A stretch of 63,268 nucleotides of DNA, the filler included, from Asterionella formosa (lineage: Eukaryota), in the NCBI GenBank assembly GCA_002256025.1. It is 21 parts of 21 records of this genome, joined end to end, with 100 filler letters (N's around TTAATTAATTAA, not from the genome) between each part and the next. Parts side by side here need not be neighbours in the genome. Positions count along the whole stretch, not along the records: positions 50,857 to 52,544 come from NKIB01001487.1; positions 52,645 to 54,332 come from NKIB01001488.1; positions 54,433 to 56,120 come from NKIB01001489.1; positions 56,221 to 57,908 come from NKIB01001490.1; positions 58,009 to 59,695 come from NKIB01001492.1; positions 59,796 to 61,481 come from NKIB01001493.1; 15 more parts are not named here. The stretch is one strand, 5' to 3'. Shown here piece by piece: positions 50,857 through 61,581 of the stretch (position 1 is its first letter; each line of letters starts with the position of its first letter). The position numbers and the translations under genes were made by a program. The notes beneath the pieces were generated by a model. It had not been told where the DNA came from and did not search any database. It saw nothing but the letters and a program-made list of their open reading frames with translations.

Positions 50857-52315
50857 CCCCCACCCCGCACCTCGTTGTAGCCAGGGTACTAGCTCAAACA
50901 CTGGTATGGGTACCACAATTGCTGGGGGCATTTTGACATTTTCCATGATGTCATATACGGTCATATCTGTTGTGATATTGGACTTCCCATGCCACTCTCC
51001 CCACTTAATGTTCCTAGTATTGATCACTTTCTTGGTGTCTGGTTGGTACATTCTGTATGTGTCCCCTGCATGGTTGTCAGAGTACCCAATCATCATACAC
51101 TCAGTAGCTTTAGCCTCAAGTTTCTGGTATTTTCACCCAACCAATTCTTCCAAATTCAACAAGATTATCATATATCTCAGGACACTTCCCATAGAAAATC
51201 CAATCTGGGCTTTTCTGCATGTTGTTTGTGTTGCATACACTATTTGTGATGCGTGTGTGTGTGTTGATACTTTCTGTCCATAAGAGTCCTTGTGACTCAT
51301 CAGAAAATTTATCCTTCAACATTGCAGCGACGCTTCTGTCTCTAATAGTCACAAATTTGCGTTCCTCCATACCGTTTTGCTGTGGGGTGTGTGGAGCAGT
51401 AAATTCGATAGTGATATTAAGCCTGTCACACATTGCAGAAAGTCCCTTGATATTTTACCCAGCATTGTCACATCGCAGGTACCAAATCATGTAGTTGGCA
51501 TTGCCTAATTTAAGCAATAGTGGTTCCACGTAGCCGCCATCTGCAACTTTTTCTTGACAAAGAAACTCCAGGATTTTCCACTATATTCATCAACGACCAA
51601 AATCCAGTAAGTACTCCCAACAATATTCTTCTTGTAAGGGCCACATATATCTGCAACTAAACTCTCACCTGCCATAGTCGCTTTGTTAGTTGCAACTTTA
51701 GGTACAGCCTCTGATTTTGCTTTAGCCAAAGCACATCCCTCACATGGCTGTAGGGCGGCTCCACTGGTCTCAATACCAATTGACTTCAATGTAGCATGCA
51801 GAGCTGCCTCGCTAGTGTACCCTAATTTGTCATGTGCAACATTGATGTCCATACTTTTCTTAGGTGTAGGCTTAATAGGGTTGCCGGTCATTGGCGCAGC
51901 TTCCTCGTTGTTGTCCTCTGTGGACAATGCTGTTTCGTTGCCGTGCTTTCTAGTACCATGCATATGGTAGAGCACACCGTTGGCCTTGCTCTTGAAAGTT
52001 AGTCCGTCGTGCTCCCCTTCCTTGCGTAGGGTCATCTTGTCCTTGAGAATACCAACCTCGAAACTCCCATTTCGCACAAGCATACCGGCACTTAGTATAT
52101 TCTTGTGGAAGGTAGGTGTATATTATAGGACCTTCTGTGTAACAGTATCAGTGAGGAGGATGTCACCACGTTTGGTGCATAAAATTTTTGCCAACGCACG
52201 ATGACTTGAGTCTTGACTGTTTCGATATTTGTCATACCAACATCGCACGTAGTGATATGACTTGTAGCTCCTGTAGCCGCTAACCATTCTTCAGTCTTGA
52301 CATCATCACTCACAG
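50857..52315 (-). mobile_element. Degenerate Ty1/copia (protease, GAG-pre-integrase, integrase)
   Basis: WLAATGATSH (decayed DSGA), CEGCALAKAK, DICGP, TPQQNGMEER and GYSDNHAGDTYRM, with several frameshifts. Related to the 45489 family. Confidence 0.9.
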
Positions 52316-52474
52316 TCAGTATATCACTTGATGATGTAGCGATATATATAAGAGATTGAGTCTTAAATGGAAGGTAATGAAAACTAGAAATTTCCAGAAG
52401 ATTACAGATTGTAGAAGGATCCAAGGTTGTGTAGAACTTAAGTGACAAACTGTGTGAAAGGTCAAGAAGAGTGA

Positions 52475-52544
52475 ATCTTGTAGGGATTTAAGGTGGTGGA
52501 TCTTGTAGGGATCCAAGGTGGTGGATCTTGTAGGGATCCAAGGT
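52475..52544. repeat. 25-bp minisatellite (ATCTTGTAGGGATCCAAGGTGGTGG) x ~2.8, running into the gap
   Basis: Units start at 52475, 52500 and 52525, with a degenerate copy near 52408. Confidence 0.9.
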
Positions 52545-53227
52545 NNNNNNNNNNNNNNNNNNNNNNNNNNNNNNNNNNNNNNNNNNNNTTAATTAATTAA
52601 NNNNNNNNNNNNNNNNNNNNNNNNNNNNNNNNNNNNNNNNNNNNGTTTTCACTTACGTAATTGATCGCCTTTTGGTTGCAGAAGATTGAGATTTTATGAG
52701 TATTCGAATGACAGATTGCTTAGCGACGAGGTTCATAGCAACCAGCCCAAGCGTTCCTGTTTCAAATAAATCAATCAAATACAGCTCAGGCAAAGCGCCA
52801 GGGGAGGCTTCCAGGAACTACTGGTACCTGGTACTCGGAGTACATGCAATCATAATGGGATGAAGTAAAGCGATCTTTCAATCTCATCATTATAAAAACT
52901 TCCGTGTATATATATACGGTATGTAGACTGAAACATTTTAGTCATGATGATTTTTGTGTTTATCATGAACCCGGTATGTACCGGTATGTAGGATATAAAA
53001 AATCATTCTTAGCTATTATTTTATTTCATACGTACCGGTACACTTGCCGGTATGTAGGTAACAGCAAGTTGCGGTCATTTTGCTTGAACTAACATTTTAG
53101 TCTGGGATAAAAATAGCTAAATTTTTAGACATAAAATCGAAAAAGTGCTGTAAACGGCGTCTTAGATTTATTCGAAGACCGTGTAACTTATGTAATGTTC
53201 ATCCTCATAGTTTGTTACTGTGTAAAT

Positions 53228-53711
53228 AGCTATAATTAAACAAAACTATATACACCCAGCAAAGTTAAATAAATCCACGAGCTCTCCTAATCTAGATACC
53301 AAATCACTCGATGGATCTTACATGTAAAGATAGTGCAACAATATAAACTAATCTAGAGTCATGATTCAGTATAGACATCTAGTAGGACAAATGGTTGGCC
53401 TAGTCTGACAGATTACCTCTTCAGACCATTTACTACAAGATCTGATTTCGACGAAAGGTCTCATACATTGATTCCCTAATGATTAAGGGGTTATCTAGAC
53501 TAACTAAGACTTTTGCTCTAGAAAGCTGCACCCCATAAGTAATCTTTACTTAATATCAAAGCTACTAGGATTAAACCTAGCAAAGATTGTGAATGGACTA
53601 GATTGCCCTTATGCATAAACCAAGGGTAACAAGTCACCAGGGGTTCTCAAATGCTCCGTTTCCAAGATTAGATCTACCCAGCGAGCAAATATAGTTTAAT
53701 AACAATTAGCT
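53228..53711 (+). ncRNA. Putative structured non-coding RNA domain (nested multi-helix fold)
   Basis: Three nested long-range helices plus several local hairpins found by eye, and no ORF of 60 aa or more. Expression is unknown. Confidence 0.5.
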
Positions 53712-53767
53712 CACTCTTTTTATACTCCCTGAAAACGCTTGGACTGATCCCCACGTATCATAGGGCG

Positions 53768-54332
53768 GTGTTGCAATCAAAAGCACAGCCAAGCACCATT
53801 GGAAAAAACAACGTGGTGACGCAACCTGGACAGTGCGTGTCCATAGATCAGCTTGAATCACCGACGCCGGGATTTATCGCTCAGTTAAAAGGTGTTCCTA
53901 CAACGCAAAGATATAATTCCTCAATTATCTTTGCCCCGAACGAAACATATCAACATCAAATATCATCACTTTCAGGGGAATATCAGACGCCAATTGATCA
54001 AAATTGAGGAAGTTTCTACTCATGATCAGCTGGCAGATATTTTTTCTAAGCCACTTCCGTTATTTCTGTTCCGGAAACATTTATATGTATTCGAACATAA
54101 AGGAATATCGACTTCACATTTTAAACGAGATTCACTAGTGCAGCAGAGCGTGTTGATTCTCAGCACGGGCGGGGTTGTGATGTGAATTGTTAACTGATCA
54201 GTTCTCAGCGGTTGACTGATAGGTTCACAGGGGTTCATCCAACTTAGTGTAGAGTGCTCATAATAAATAGATCAGAATATATTTGTTATTTGCTAACTAC
54301 ATTTAGCTATTATCTAAATTCGCCTTAGCCTC
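53768..54332 (+). mobile_element. Internally deleted CoDi-like copia: integrase start fused to RNase H end, PPT-like tract and LTR start
   Basis: PGQCVSIDQLESPTPGFIAQLKG joins PRTKHINIKYHHF...QLADIFSKPL near 53930. GGGCGGGG at 54167-54174 is followed by TGTGA at 54176. Confidence 0.8.
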
Positions 54333-54433
54333 NNNNNNNNNNNNNNNNNNNNNNNNNNNNNNNNNNNNNNNNNNNNTTAATTAATTAANNNNNNNNNNNN
54401 NNNNNNNNNNNNNNNNNNNNNNNNNNNNNNNNA

Positions 54434-55567
54434 AAATACGATCAACAACGGCACAATACCACATCTTCAATGAGTAGTCATTGATAAATGCATTGGTTCT
54501 TATGTAGATATGTACAATTGAAACAAAACGACAGTGCGTAACGACAAACAACGATGGAAGCGATCAAAACAACCACGGAAGCAATCAAATCGGAAAGTCG
54601 ATAAATACGATCTACAATCCACATTCAGTATTTCACTGTTGTCCTCACCGATCCGCTTCAACTAGCATAACAAGCAGCAGACGATGGGATAAAAGAAAGA
54701 CGAACGTTGCCTATTGCAAGCCCGAATAGAGCAAAGGCAGGCAAGATAGAGTGAGAACTATATTTGTGAGGACGAAATCGGGCATACGGTACGTAAAATC
54801 AATGAAAATGTGAACGATAAAATTCAACATTTCAGGTCTCGTAAAAATAATACCGAGTCTACAGAAATTATATTATTACGTGTTCAAAGTAAGCGTTAAA
54901 GCATAGCTTAAACCATGCATGGTTGTTTTTAGTACCACGTACATATGTAGACTAGATGACTGCCAGTACCGGTAGAATATCCGTTTAGCATCATTACATA
55001 CATGGCTGGAGCAAAAACTTGCCACCAACATCAGATGTATCGATATCATCGTTCGTCCGACGAAATATGGACAATGCGACTACATGAATACCTCGAGAAG
55101 GCAAGCAATCCAACAATCAACCGCATCTGTTAGGCAAAGAATCGCTACTGGCGTCATTGCGGAACAGATTTCGCTTCAAACCGGTCATGATGGACGACGA
55201 TTGGCATGGTGAAAGGTGAATTGCCGGAGTCCGCTTTTCAGGAGACAAACAAAAACAAGGTGAATTCTAGATATAAATTATAAGAATCTGTATAGTATAT
55301 AAAATGGTTTCCTTAAGTAGACCCCTTGCCGACTTCGGCAATCCCAGGGCTAGAAAACCGAGGGGCAATTGGCGTCTGTTGTCTTGCCAAAATGCGAACA
55401 TATGAAATATAAAAAATATACTTTAATGATGGGCAATATCGGACCTTTGGCAATTTTCGAGGTGAAGATAGGAAATATCCAAAATATATTTTATATGATG
55501 GGCAATAGTAGGCTAAAATTGACATTTATGCTAAATTAGTGGGCAGTAGGTAAGCGAATGACGCGAC
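54434..55567. repeat. Dispersed repeat, copy B (homologous to 43901-45042)
   Basis: Direct alignment by eye. Confidence 0.92.
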
Positions 55568-55681
55568 GATAGCTAGAGCGGGAATTGCCTCAACAATACC
55601 CTTCTCGGCGGCTACTTGCCTTCTCGTATACATGTGTACTCGGCTGGGATGGCACTTGTAGGGTGACCTTCTCGCAGCGCT
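55565..55681 (-). other. Arm 2 of the imperfect inverted repeat, complementary to 45045-45162
   Basis: Blockwise complementarity to arm 1, with CTC/CTT interruptions at 55589, 55604, 55623, 55639, 55655 and 55671. Confidence 0.85.
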
Positions 55682-56220
55682 ACGACAACAGGAACTAGAA
55701 GCCGTCGTTTCTCTCAAAGAGCATTGACAAATACTGCTAAGCGCAAAGAGCCAGATGATAACCGGCGAGCTGCATTAGCAATGTGTGCACTAGAAAGGAA
55801 AAAGAAGCTTGGGTATGCATGTTGTTGATTGGTGTGTGCTTCCGCCCATGCTGGCTGACCGAATTTTCGATTTCATCCTAACATAATATTCAATTCATTA
55901 CATTCTTCTGTTTATTGGAATGGAATGAGGTTGTTGCAAATGCTGCAAGTAGTCCCGAAGTAGCCATTGATTGGAACAATGAAGAAATAGAATGGTGCAT
56001 TTGTTGTTGATTGTTGCATAATTGTGCTTCCATTGTGATTCATCTATCATTGATGATGCGATCACTCACAGTCGCATTGTTCCCTTTCCGGTCATTGTCA
56101 GCTTTAAAGAACCTTCTAAANNNNNNNNNNNNNNNNNNNNNNNNNNNNNNNNNNNNNNNNNNNNTTAATTAATTAANNNNNNNNNNNNNNNNNNNNNNNN
56201 NNNNNNNNNNNNNNNNNNNN

Positions 56221-56923
56221 GACCATTGGCAATGAATGATATGACATCCGACCGTCCCGCTTGTTCGACTTCAAGTAGTAATCTATGCAACTTCTCAGGG
56301 AAGGGCTCAATTACACCTCCTCGCATTCTTCTAGTATCATCACGAAACGATAACTGATGAGGAGATGGTAAATGTATTGCCCCTTGGTTTAAACCAAACA
56401 TGAGGGGATTCGGACCCATTAGTAGGCCAGCGTCTCCAATAAACGGACTCTGCGTCAAAGGGTCAGCCGGTGCCGAGACAAGTCTCTGTCGCCACTGATC
56501 CTCGAAGTGAGCTTGTTGCAGCTTTTGATCCATGAAAGACTTCAAGATGTCGGGCTGACGCGGTTGTTGTAGCTGCTGCTCAGGTGCAGCACAAGAAGAT
56601 GTAGGATTGAAGTTAGACACCTGCAGCTGCTGAAATTGGAGGTTGCCAGCATTCAAGGGGTGGAAAGCAGTAGCAGCAGGATTTGCGTCACCAGAAAGGA
56701 GAATCATAGAGTGTGGCGCAGTTCCTGACATGCTAATGAAATAATTCATCGACTTAGCAGGAGCATCAAGCATCTGGCTTGGTAAATGAAGAAGTTGATT
56801 CTGATAAACCATTCGATTGGGTTGCTGCAGATTTTGCTGATATAATTGCTGAGGCAGAGCAGGACTAGAATCATTGAAGGGATGTTGGTCCTGGCTGAAG
56901 TTTGCTGTGGTTGGGTTGCTCAT
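56221..56923 (-). CDS. HSF-type DNA-binding transcription factor, 3'-partial
   Basis: Q/P/N-rich N-terminus followed by RGGVIEPFPEKLHRLL...DVISFIANG, the start of a diatom-type HSF domain. Confidence 0.85.
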
Positions 56924-57417
56924 GGCTCCTGTCTTCGTGTAATTCTGTGAGATGACATTTGCTCTTTGTGTCCCCTGGACGAACAACCATTCATAGCAGC
57001 TGAAAACTGACACCAACTATTGTCAAATGACAAGAATACGGGGTTTTGTCCAGCTCTTTTTCCAAGTAAATCTTCAGTGGTTTTTTCACGTAGAGGACTT
57101 TCAAAGAACAATTCTCTATAGTACCTTCAATGCGAACCCTTGAATAATTAAAAATGTCGTAAAGAAGCGTTCTCTGTTCCTTACGACTCACCTTACTTTT
57201 CTGGCTATGTGACCTTTCTATATTTATAGCAAGTCCAATACAGTACCGGTAGGCCTTTCCATTCGCTCCGTCGCCCTTTGTTCATCGGACAGTATATGCG
57301 TCAGCAAGCCATTTCCAGATTCAGCTACAGTACACAGGAAACGGAAGTACCAGGGTACCCTGTTATGGTAATTTTTGGTACATTTTCAAGCGGTTTTCGT
57401 CCTGCGAATCCAGGCAT

Positions 57418-57894
57418 ACCTTGTATTGGGCGTTGCAAAGTTTTCCAATAAATAGGTGTGATGATTTCTTCTTCCAATACAAGGTGATTTAAAATTCCAG
57501 TACAATGTTCACCTTGAATTGGCAAAAGGTTGGTATGTCAAGTCCAATACAAGGTGAAAACATATCCAGGGACTCCAATTCAAGGTATTCCTTTATTTGT
57601 CATGAGAATATAGTCCAATACAAGGAATTCACTGTATTGGGTACTGTTTATTTCCCAATACAAGGTGGCAACATTTTGCAATTCAATGTTGCCCCTGTAT
57701 TTGGTTTTGACTATACTACGCCATGTCCCAATACAAGGTCATGAGTTCCAATACAAGGTGATAAGTTCCAAAACAAGGTGGCAATATTTTCCAAATTCAA
57801 GGTTGCCCCGCCCTGTATTGGGTTTTGGCGGTACTACATCTCATCCCAATACAAGGTGACAGCATTTTGCAAGTCAAGGTTGACCCTGTATTGG
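57418..57894. repeat. Array of ~20 direct and inverted CCAATACAAGG(TG)-like motifs
   Basis: Exact forward 11-mers at 57474, 57544, 57615, 57655, 57728, 57748 and 57846, an exact reverse copy at 57419-57429, and about a dozen variants. Confidence 0.92.
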
Positions 57895-58684
57895 TCTATA
57901 GTGCTGGTNNNNNNNNNNNNNNNNNNNNNNNNNNNNNNNNNNNNNNNNNNNNTTAATTAATTAANNNNNNNNNNNNNNNNNNNNNNNNNNNNNNNNNNNN
58001 NNNNNNNNGTCAGCATTTTCAGGGCTGCATCCTGTGGTTACAGAGGGGGTGCTCAAGAAATTCTTATCAGAAATTCTTTACTATTGATAACATTACATAA
58101 TCAAGGTACCTGAATGAGATCCAAACAATTTCTCCAATTCTCAAAATTAGGAGAGCATCTAGGGGATTAGCATAAAAATCTACAGTCTAAAGGCTAAAAC
58201 ATGCTGTAAGTGCCCTGCCATCTGAATCCTATCTGCGCACAACAAGAAGAAGTGCTCCATGTGGTGCACAAAAGTTTAGCTATATCACTTAACAATGTAA
58301 AACAAGTTTAATTATGTCCAGAAAGGCATACATTTCAACTTATCTACCGGTAGATATTTAACTTGGTACCTGGTACTAAAAGCCAATATGTCACCCCCCC
58401 CAGTACAGACCAGGTTAGTGCATTGGCATAAGAAAATCAATAGCCCAATATGATCCACATGTATCTCTATTTAGTCTAATACTTGCCATCATATCTAACT
58501 GACTAACCAATTGCCACCAGTAAACCAGTAATTTCGTCGACAATGCATATTACTTATAGAGCAAGGTACCAGGTACGCAAAAAGTTATATGATGAAGGTT
58601 GGATACAAACCAGTACCGGTATGCAAATTGGGCCATTGTGTTCCAACAACAAGCCTATCGACATTGTTCTAACAAAAGAAAGAT

Positions 58685-58764
58685 TGACAACAGTGGGATT
58701 TGAACCCACGCCAATGAAGAATACGACCTGAACGTACCGCCTTAGACCACTCGGCCATGTTGTC
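58685..58764 (-). tRNA. trnL-CAG: tRNA-Leu, anticodon CAG
   Basis: GACAACA/TGTTGTC acceptor stem, D arm GCCGAGTGGTCTAAGGC, anticodon arm GTACG-TTCAGGT-CGTAT, extended variable region, T arm GTGGG-TTCAAAT-CCCAC, discriminator A. Confidence 0.93.
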
Positions 58765-59173
58765 TTCAATAACTAATCATTGTCATTGTTAAGTATAAAA
58801 ATGTCGTATTTTGATTATCATCAAATAACAAACAGTATACCGTTATATTTCCAAAATTTGACAACCCTAAAACAAAGAGCGAAATCACATTAGACTGGTA
58901 CCGTTACATTACCACGCACTAGGTACTCTTCGAACGCACTGAGATAACAGGTACCATAGTGTATATAGTGTATGTATTATATGCATCAATTGGCATACCG
59001 GTATGTACAACAAGCTCAAGTGATCAGGACCTGGTACCAGGTATTGCTAGTCAAGGAGAAGAGCAGAAGGCATTCATGCAAACACTCTCCTTGTTTTCAC
59101 ATCAGCCATCTCGCAACTACTTTCCTAATAGCAATCAATCGTAGAGAGTTTGATACGTAGTTTAGCAAGAAAT

Positions 59174-59695
59174 ATGAGCAAGTATCTGCTGCCCATGTAT
59201 TATCAAGCCTTCCCGCAAGGCGGAGGTGGATATATGCGGCGCTATATGAATGTTCGGTACCAACTGTGGTCCAAATGGTTGGACGCTGCAACTCATCCAA
59301 AGCCAGGTCCCTTGATTCTATGGGACTTTAGTGATCGAAATGATGCAGCAGACGCCATGCGAATCAATGGTGGAGAAGACGGATGGAGGACATCGTCGGA
59401 TTCAGAATCTATCGGCGGATACAGCAAATGTCAATTTCGCTTTGTTGCTACCGAGCACGACTATCAGCGAATCCTAAATGGCGATCTAGAGCAGATCGAC
59501 ACCTCGAATCGACTCAGTAAGGAAGAAGACAGCGGCTATCGATTAACTATTCGACGTGGAGGCGACAGAATAGAAAAAGAGGAAATCGACCAAGACGACG
59601 ACCACAAACAAGGAGGATTTGTTCCATTTATTCGATGGTGGGGAACATTGGATACTAGGGTTGGAGAAAAGAGCCGCGCGATTCGATCAGGGTAT
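59174..59695 (+). CDS. NDUFAF1: Complex I intermediate-associated protein 30 (CIA30) family, 3'-partial
   Basis: LWDF...WRTSSD...IGGYS...GTLDT...RSGY motif order. Confidence 0.8.
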
Positions 59696-59936
59696 NNNNN
59701 NNNNNNNNNNNNNNNNNNNNNNNNNNNNNNNNNNNNNNNTTAATTAATTAANNNNNNNNNNNNNNNNNNNNNNNNNNNNNNNNNNNNNNNNNNNNGTAAT
59801 CACCAACTGTATCATTTATCGCAAACAAAAGAGTCATTTTGAAAATGTCAATGGGCTATTAATTGATATTACTATTTAAATAGATAGTCAAACAAGATTT
59901 GCTTCGAGAATTGTACACACATACCCCACAAGAAAT

Positions 59937-60608
59937 ATGCAATTACGCCTCTGTATTTTATGGAGTCAAAGGTATCAAAAATCATCTTCAGATTTTAAAG
60001 ATCTTGCATATTGGGACCTTGAAACAATTACCTCTATGATCCATTATATAATTCAAGAACTTCATCCAACTGATGTAAAGGTTATATTTGATCTGGATGA
60101 GAAACCAGAAAAGGGTAATAACAAACCATATACATACCAAGGTGATTGTCATCCACGTCATCATGACAGTAACTATGTGCTAATTGTGTATTGCAAAAGA
60201 TCAGATGAGGAGGAAAACAACCATTTTGTGCATTATCTTTTTGCTATAAATGATGGATTATGTCAAGTCCGTGATCGAGGAAAATATGCAAGTGTGGATG
60301 AACATTATGATCAAGTATTTCACCTTGCCCGTAAGTACTGCATCATCCCTGGATGCACCAAGGAATTGGAATTGTTATACACCGATACAGGATATCTTCC
60401 ACAAGAATCCCATATACCTGAAGAAATTGGTTTATCGGAATCTTTCTATACTGGCACCAAGGCACCATTGCAGATCATTATGGCCACTGAACATGATTCC
60501 ATGTTATTTCAACCAGAAGAACTCATTTTGGTACTTGCTTCTTTGTTCTATACCGGCAGTATTTGCCACATTTCGCTTATTTCCATGAACCTCTTTATGG
60601 TTTTTTGA
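59937..60608 (+). CDS. Hypothetical protein, possibly degenerate or element-derived
   Basis: 223-codon ORF in AT-rich DNA. No recognised family. Confidence 0.35.
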   Translation: MQLRLCILWSQRYQKSSSDFKDLAYWDLETITSMIHYIIQELHPTDVKVIFDLDEKPEKGNNKPYTYQGDCHPRHHDSNYVLIVYCKRSDEEENNHFVHYLFAINDGLCQVRDRGKYASVDEHYDQVFHLARKYCIIPGCTKELELLYTDTGYLPQESHIPEEIGLSESFYTGTKAPLQIIMATEHDSMLFQPEELILVLASLFYTGSICHISLISMNLFMVF

Positions 60609-60807
60609 AGACATTGTACTACCAGATAACTGTTGTCGTTGTCTTAAGTTTGATGACCTTAAAATCAGGTGTTGCTACAGTGAAATTAATCATCAGCCAC
60701 TACATATGCTATTTTACGCTGTCTAGATATGATACCATAAGACCAACAGTGCTATTTACATTATCATATACAAAATCAGAACCAAGTTTGAGTAATAGCA
60801 TGTCTTG

Positions 60808-61157
60808 CTTTCAATTTTACGATTATTCGATCCTGAAACTATGATGCTTTACTGTCCCGCTGCAGTAGCAACTGTCCTGAACATATGGTGTTAAGTTGCT
60901 CGCTTACTACTCCGACTACCCCCTTTCAATTTTACGATCATACGATCCTGAAACTATGATGATTTACTGTCCCACTGCAGTAGCAACAATCCTGAACATA
61001 TGGCTGGTGTTCTGTTGCTTGCTTACTACTCCGACTCCCCTCTTTCAATTTTACGATCATATGATCCTGAAACTATGATAATTTACTGTCCCGCTGCAGT
61101 AGCAACAGTCCTGAATATGTGGTGTTCTGTTGCTCGCTTACTACTCCGACTTCCCCC
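60808..61157. repeat. Tandem repeat, 3 x 115-119 bp
   Basis: Units begin CTTTCAATTTTACGAT at 60808, 60923 and 61042. Confidence 0.95.
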
Positions 61158-61581
61158 AGTATGTCACTTCCTACCTGCTACTGCTGGTACTCTGTATATA
61201 TATGATAAAATGTTATGATCATACTATGATGTACACATGAAGAACTCCCGCCCATAAAGGGGCTTGAATAATTAGCTACCAAAATCCTTGCATATAAATA
61301 ATGATACAAATGGGTTACACCAATTGAATGGTCTAAGTAATTAATTACAACGGACATAGAAAACATTGATGCAAACAAATTACAGAAACAATACCTGTAC
61401 ACGTAGTCATGGAAAAAAATGGACATATAGTGCATTGAATATTTTCGAATTATGTATATGCGAATATGATCATCTCAGCAANNNNNNNNNNNNNNNNNNN
61501 NNNNNNNNNNNNNNNNNNNNNNNNNTTAATTAATTAANNNNNNNNNNNNNNNNNNNNNNNNNNNNNNNNNNNNNNNNNNNN

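Noticed and set aside
53490..53700. Group I intron core (AGACTA ... ATATAGTT)
   Set aside because: No recognisable P4/P6 or P3 elements, and the 3' segment pairs better with 53243-53251.
57418..57894. CRISPR array interpretation of the CCAATACAAGG repeats
   Set aside because: Repeats are only 11-13 bp, occur in both orientations, have irregular and partly repeated spacers, and there are no cas genes in this eukaryotic context.
58685..58764. Sec or opal-suppressor tRNA (TCA visible in the loop)
   Set aside because: The 7-nt loop TTCAGGT places CAG at the anticodon, and the D arm and discriminator are Leu-type.
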